Below are positions 60,110 through 64,000 of a stretch of DNA of 64,000 bases, one piece after another. This DNA is from Macrostomum lignano. Its lineage: Eukaryota. Below the pieces are notes generated by a model. It worked only from the letters and a program-made list of their open reading frames with translations, was not told the origin of the DNA and made no database searches. Made by a program: the position numbers and the translations under genes. The DNA lies in contig NIVC01002941.1 in NCBI GenBank assembly GCA_002269645.1, forward strand, positions 33,929-97,928, read 5' to 3'. The stretch's first letter is position 1. Every line of letters begins with the position of its first letter.

Positions 60110-60965
60110 TACCCACTGTTTCACCCACTGTTTCACCCACTGTTTCACCCACTGTTTCACCCACTGTTTCTCACCTATTGTTTCTCGGAGAGTGGATAGA
60201 GTGAGAGTGGAGAGAGGGTGGGAGTTGAAAGAGAGGCTGAAAGTGGAGAGAGGGTGAGAGTTGAAAGAGACTGAGAGTAGAGGCTGAGAGTAAAGAGAGG
60301 CTGAAAGTGGAGAGAGGGTGAGAGTAGAGGTAGGGTGAGAGTGGAGAGAGGGTGAGAGTGGAGAGAGGGTGAGAGTGGAGAGAGGGTGAGAGTGGAGAGA
60401 GGGTGAGAGTGGAGAGAGGGTGAGAGTGGAGAGAGGGTGAGAGTGGAGAGAGGGTGAGAGTGGAGAGAGGGTGAGAGTGGAGAGAGGGTGAGAGTGGAGG
60501 GAGGGTGAGAGTAGAGAGAGGGTGAGAGTGGAGAGAGGGTGAGAGTGGAGAGAGGGTGAGAGTGGAGAGAGTGTGAGAGAATTAAAGAGAGACCTCGAGC
60601 AGCAGTGTCGGAAAATATTTCAAAGTGGAGGGGGGCTATTGTTGGAAGGGCACATTGCACATAATTTCTTTTAATCTAAGGGCACTCAAACTCCTGATGT
60701 TAGCTATATCAGTTTGTGAAATTGTCCTCTCCTCTCCTTTCCTCTCCTCTCCTCTCCTCTCCTCACCTCTCCTCTCCTCTCCTCTCCTCTCCTCTCCTCT
60801 CCTCTCCTCTCCTCACCTATCTCCTCTCCTCTCCTCTCCTCTCCTCTCTCCTCTCCTCTCCACTCTTCTCTGTTCTCTCCTCTCCTCTCTCTTCTCTTAT
60901 CATCTCCTCTCCTCTCCTCTCCCCTCTCCTCTCATCTCTCCACTCTTATCATCTCCTCTCCTCTC
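60110..60965. repeat. Cluster of short tandem repeats: 12-bp (CCCACTGTTTCA), 17-bp (GAGAGTGGAGAGAGGGT) and (CTCCT)n
   Basis: At about 60110-60175, 60190-60575 and 60725-60965 respectively. Confidence 0.88.
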
Positions 60966-61199
60966 TTAGCTCGTATCAGCTCTCATCTCCCTTTTCCTCT
61001 CCATTCTCTTCTCCCTTCCCTTGTTCTCTCCTCTCTCTTATATCTCGACTCTCCTCATTCCTCTCCCCTCTCCTATTTTATCTCTTTTCTCGTCTACTCT
61101 CTTCTCCTTTATTCCTTAGCCTCTCCTTTCTCCTACGCTCGTACTCGTATAGTTCTCTTCTCTATTCCCTATCCTCTCCCTTCTCTTGCCTGCAATCAT

Positions 61200-61318
61200 C
61201 AGGGACTCCTGGGCACGTTTTGCTTAGGGGGCCCACGGAAGCAGACCCAGAAGGGCAGTCATTGCGCCACGCTAGGTTCTTAATCTGGCCCTTGAGGTAA
61301 AAAGTTTGCTGACCCCTG
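61200..61318. mobile_element. Possible hAT-type non-autonomous remnant
   Basis: Ends with AAAAAGTTTGCTGACCCCTG, resembling hAT (CAGGGG...) termini; only CAGGG is shared between the ends and there is no TSD. Confidence 0.3.
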
Positions 61319-64000
61319 CACTAAAAGCACTAGGCTTAGGCACATTAGATAAAACTATAGTGAATGGGATTGAGAACAACATTAACTATTATATCAGCCC
61401 TTAGCTTCCAAGACTCAGAAAAGCCAAAGCCGAAAACTGGCCAACACTTGCTTAAAATTCAAAAAGGGCACTTGATGGATCATGCTAAAAAGTGGGGGGG
61501 GGGCTCCAGCCCCTGTGACCCCTGGTTCTGACCACCCCTGACCTCGAGAGATGATTTCCTGATCCAATTTAGTTGTACAGAGCATGGATATACATGTATC
61601 TATCACACAATGCGCATACTATGTACCAGGTCGATCATTGCCAATTGATTGCATGGTAAATTAAAAGCAAGTGTAGCGATATGACTGTCCGTCTGTTGTA
61701 TGGTTAGGGATCAGAACTGCATGTTACATGCACGAGTACACTGGTAGCCAATGTGATATATAGTACAAATGTACAATTGTAGCTAATATTCGTTCAAATA
61801 GTTTTAGAACGTATTTTTTAATAAACAGGGAGAACATCCGAAATCAAAGTAAACAATTACATGTACATGTGATGTGCATGCATTTTTGTGCCATACATTT
61901 TGATTGTATTAAGAGCGATCAGAGTAACTTTTGAGTGAGTGATCAGTGTGCAAGTGAGTGAGTGAGCAAGTGAGATACATGTAGAGGGTGAGAGAGTGAG
62001 TGAGTTAGTGATTGAGTGATTTAAAGTGAGCATGAAAGCTGCTTTACAGGCCTCGTACAACTCAATCAAGGCCCAGCTCGTACAAATCACGGACTACTTT
62101 AGTGTCGTTTTTATAAAAAGCCTGTACATGTACACATAATAAAAATGGTATGGCTGCACGACTCACGACTCACCAGTCTGCCTGCCTGCGATCAAATTGG
62201 CAAATTTGCATTGGCAATCAGACATGCTCGAATCACACATGAAAACTCACATTATAACAAATTATAACAATGATAACTAACTCAAGGACCACATTCAAAA
62301 CTGCGAATTAAGAATGCAGTTAAGTCAAGAGCCTTTTTTCACAGCTTTCTACTAATAGTAGCTGTTTATTTAGGATTGATAGTTCCTTTACAATTCAAAT
62401 TGAATGAAAAAACGAGGAGGGCTCACTCACCCACCCGGCCCGCTCACCGGTTCCTCTCTTGCGGCCTTGTCGTCCCCATTTCACCCCTCCCCCAGCACCA
62501 TCCAATAACATGGCGAGCCAAATTCCTCCCCCTAGCTCTCCCAAGTGTGGCAGTCTTGGTGTGTGGCAGTCTTGGTCCTACGCCTGATTGTGCGCCAAGT
62601 GCGCCAAGGACCCCTTGTGTGCGCTGCGCTTGTATGCCAATGTGCGCCGAGACCTTTTGTGTGCACAGGAATTTCCCCCCTCAAAGGCCACCTTCCTGAC
62701 TATGGGTTTTGTATAGGTTATAGAAAATAATGGCAATGCCCATGTTCCTTCTGAATTCAAAACAATTTATAAAAAAGGTACTAATATTTCTTTTTTCTTA
62801 TAAAATCATACATTAAGTGAAAGAATAATAAAAATAATTATCTAGGTATAAGAAAAATGGAATTTTTTTATTTATTAAAAAAGCTTTATCAATAATAAAA
62901 AAATATTTCAGATATTAGAGTAGATGATTAAAAAAGCTTTATTAGGGGGCCTTGAGGTGGGGATAGAGAAAGAAAATAGAAATTTGGATTTGGAAAAAAA
63001 GTTGGGGGTTTTCTTTGAAACCAGTAGCATTGCATTCGCGCAAATGAAGCTGGAAAATTGTGCAGACAAATCACAACAAAATTTCTTTCTCCTTGAAACG
63101 AAAAATTATATTGGTTTTTCCCATATTATAATCGTTTCCTTCTGCCAACAGTTCAGGAAGACAACGAACAATGGACTTGATGGTAACTTTCTCTGTGTGA
63201 TCTCTAGAGTCACATTCTCAAACTTCAGGCGAGGATCTTTCCTCTTCAATCAGTATATTTTATAAGCTAGCACACTGTACGCGAGCAACGAGGAATAGGA
63301 GCAGTAGGGAGAGAGAGTGGGATTTCGAGGCCCAATAGGCAGTGTCGGTCAGAGGTTGTGCATGCATCACGCGAGGGTCGCATGGCTGGGCTTCTTGCTC
63401 GCCGATCATCAGGACTATTTTTAGGCATGCAGATCTTGTGCATCTGGGGAGTTGCTGCCAAGGCTGGATGCTTGTTCACGCATCACGCGCGTGTCGGCTG
63501 ATTTCTCCCATCCTCTTGCTAACGGCGCCTTCGTTTCACTTCAGTCGCTCTTTTTTCAGGGAAGCGAGGCCCTCCGAGCTCTGTTGAAAATAAGCTTGGA
63601 GCAATGATGACATGGCGTACAGTTGTGCATTTGCTTGCGATTCGCAGTCCCACTTGGTAACTTGCAGTTGAGTTGATGTTGTTGAAACACGAAACTTGGT
63701 CAAGGGGCAAAGTGAACTTGTGACAACAGTGGATGAATTGTACCAGCATATCCTCTTGACTATTTAATCAGATCTGAGAGGGGGATTCACGTGAACTCGG
63801 AAACTCGACAAATTGAATGGGCTTTTCGATGCCCTAAACAGTGACGCAAATAGGACTGGACACGGAGACTCGACAAATTGAAACAGCGTCTGGTAGACAG
63901 TCAGATCGGGATGCTGGCTGAAGGTACATTGCAGTTAAATAGGACGTCGGAAAAATACCGTCTTGACCAAATTGATTGTGTAGATCTCTCAACGAAAGTT

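Larger units (their letters stand above)
53996..62705. mobile_element. 8.7-kb terminal-inverted-repeat DNA transposon (probably Mutator/Phantom-like)
   Basis: 19-bp TIR CCATAGTCA[A/G]GAAGGTGGC (18/19 identical; 53996-54014 and 62687-62705), exact 8-bp TSD GTTTTGTA (53988-53995 and 62706-62713), inverted subterminal block 54441-54472 vs 62546-62577, repeated TGTGCGCC motifs near both ends, internal MULE transposase ORF. Confidence 0.75.

Noticed and set aside
62924-63749. Short ORFs at the window end
   Set aside because: No recognisable domains and frequent stops in all frames.

Overview
Eukaryotic (animal) genomic DNA that is very rich in micro- and minisatellites. The repeat style and the RTE-type LINE remnant suggest a free-living flatworm such as Macrostomum; this is inference and was not checked against a database. 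Main contents: (1) a full-length LOA/I-group non-LTR retrotransposon (1682-7600) with a 12-bp TSD, ORF1, and an APE-RT-RNase H-CCHC ORF2 broken only by five single-base deletions; (2) a 15-exon minus-strand gene (20868-9684, about 952 aa) for a Gly/Tyr- and Pro-rich protein with a C-terminal EF-hand-like region; (3) a 9-exon minus-strand gene (48817-25720, about 1189 aa) for a GluN3-like NMDA-type glutamate receptor subunit with an unusual pore tip and degenerate ligand-binding residues; (4) in intron 6 of that gene, a terminally redundant 1.7-kb Penelope/retrozyme-like insertion carrying two sense-strand minimal hammerhead ribozymes 1075 nt apart; (5) an 8.7-kb TIR element (19-bp TIR, 8-bp TSD) containing an intact PHD-FLYWCH-MULE transposase ORF, plus a 381-bp MITE with an 8-bp TSD. 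Most long ORFs in the supplied track are artefacts of tandem repeats. Exon models were built by hand from splice signals, phase consistency and recalled protein motifs.
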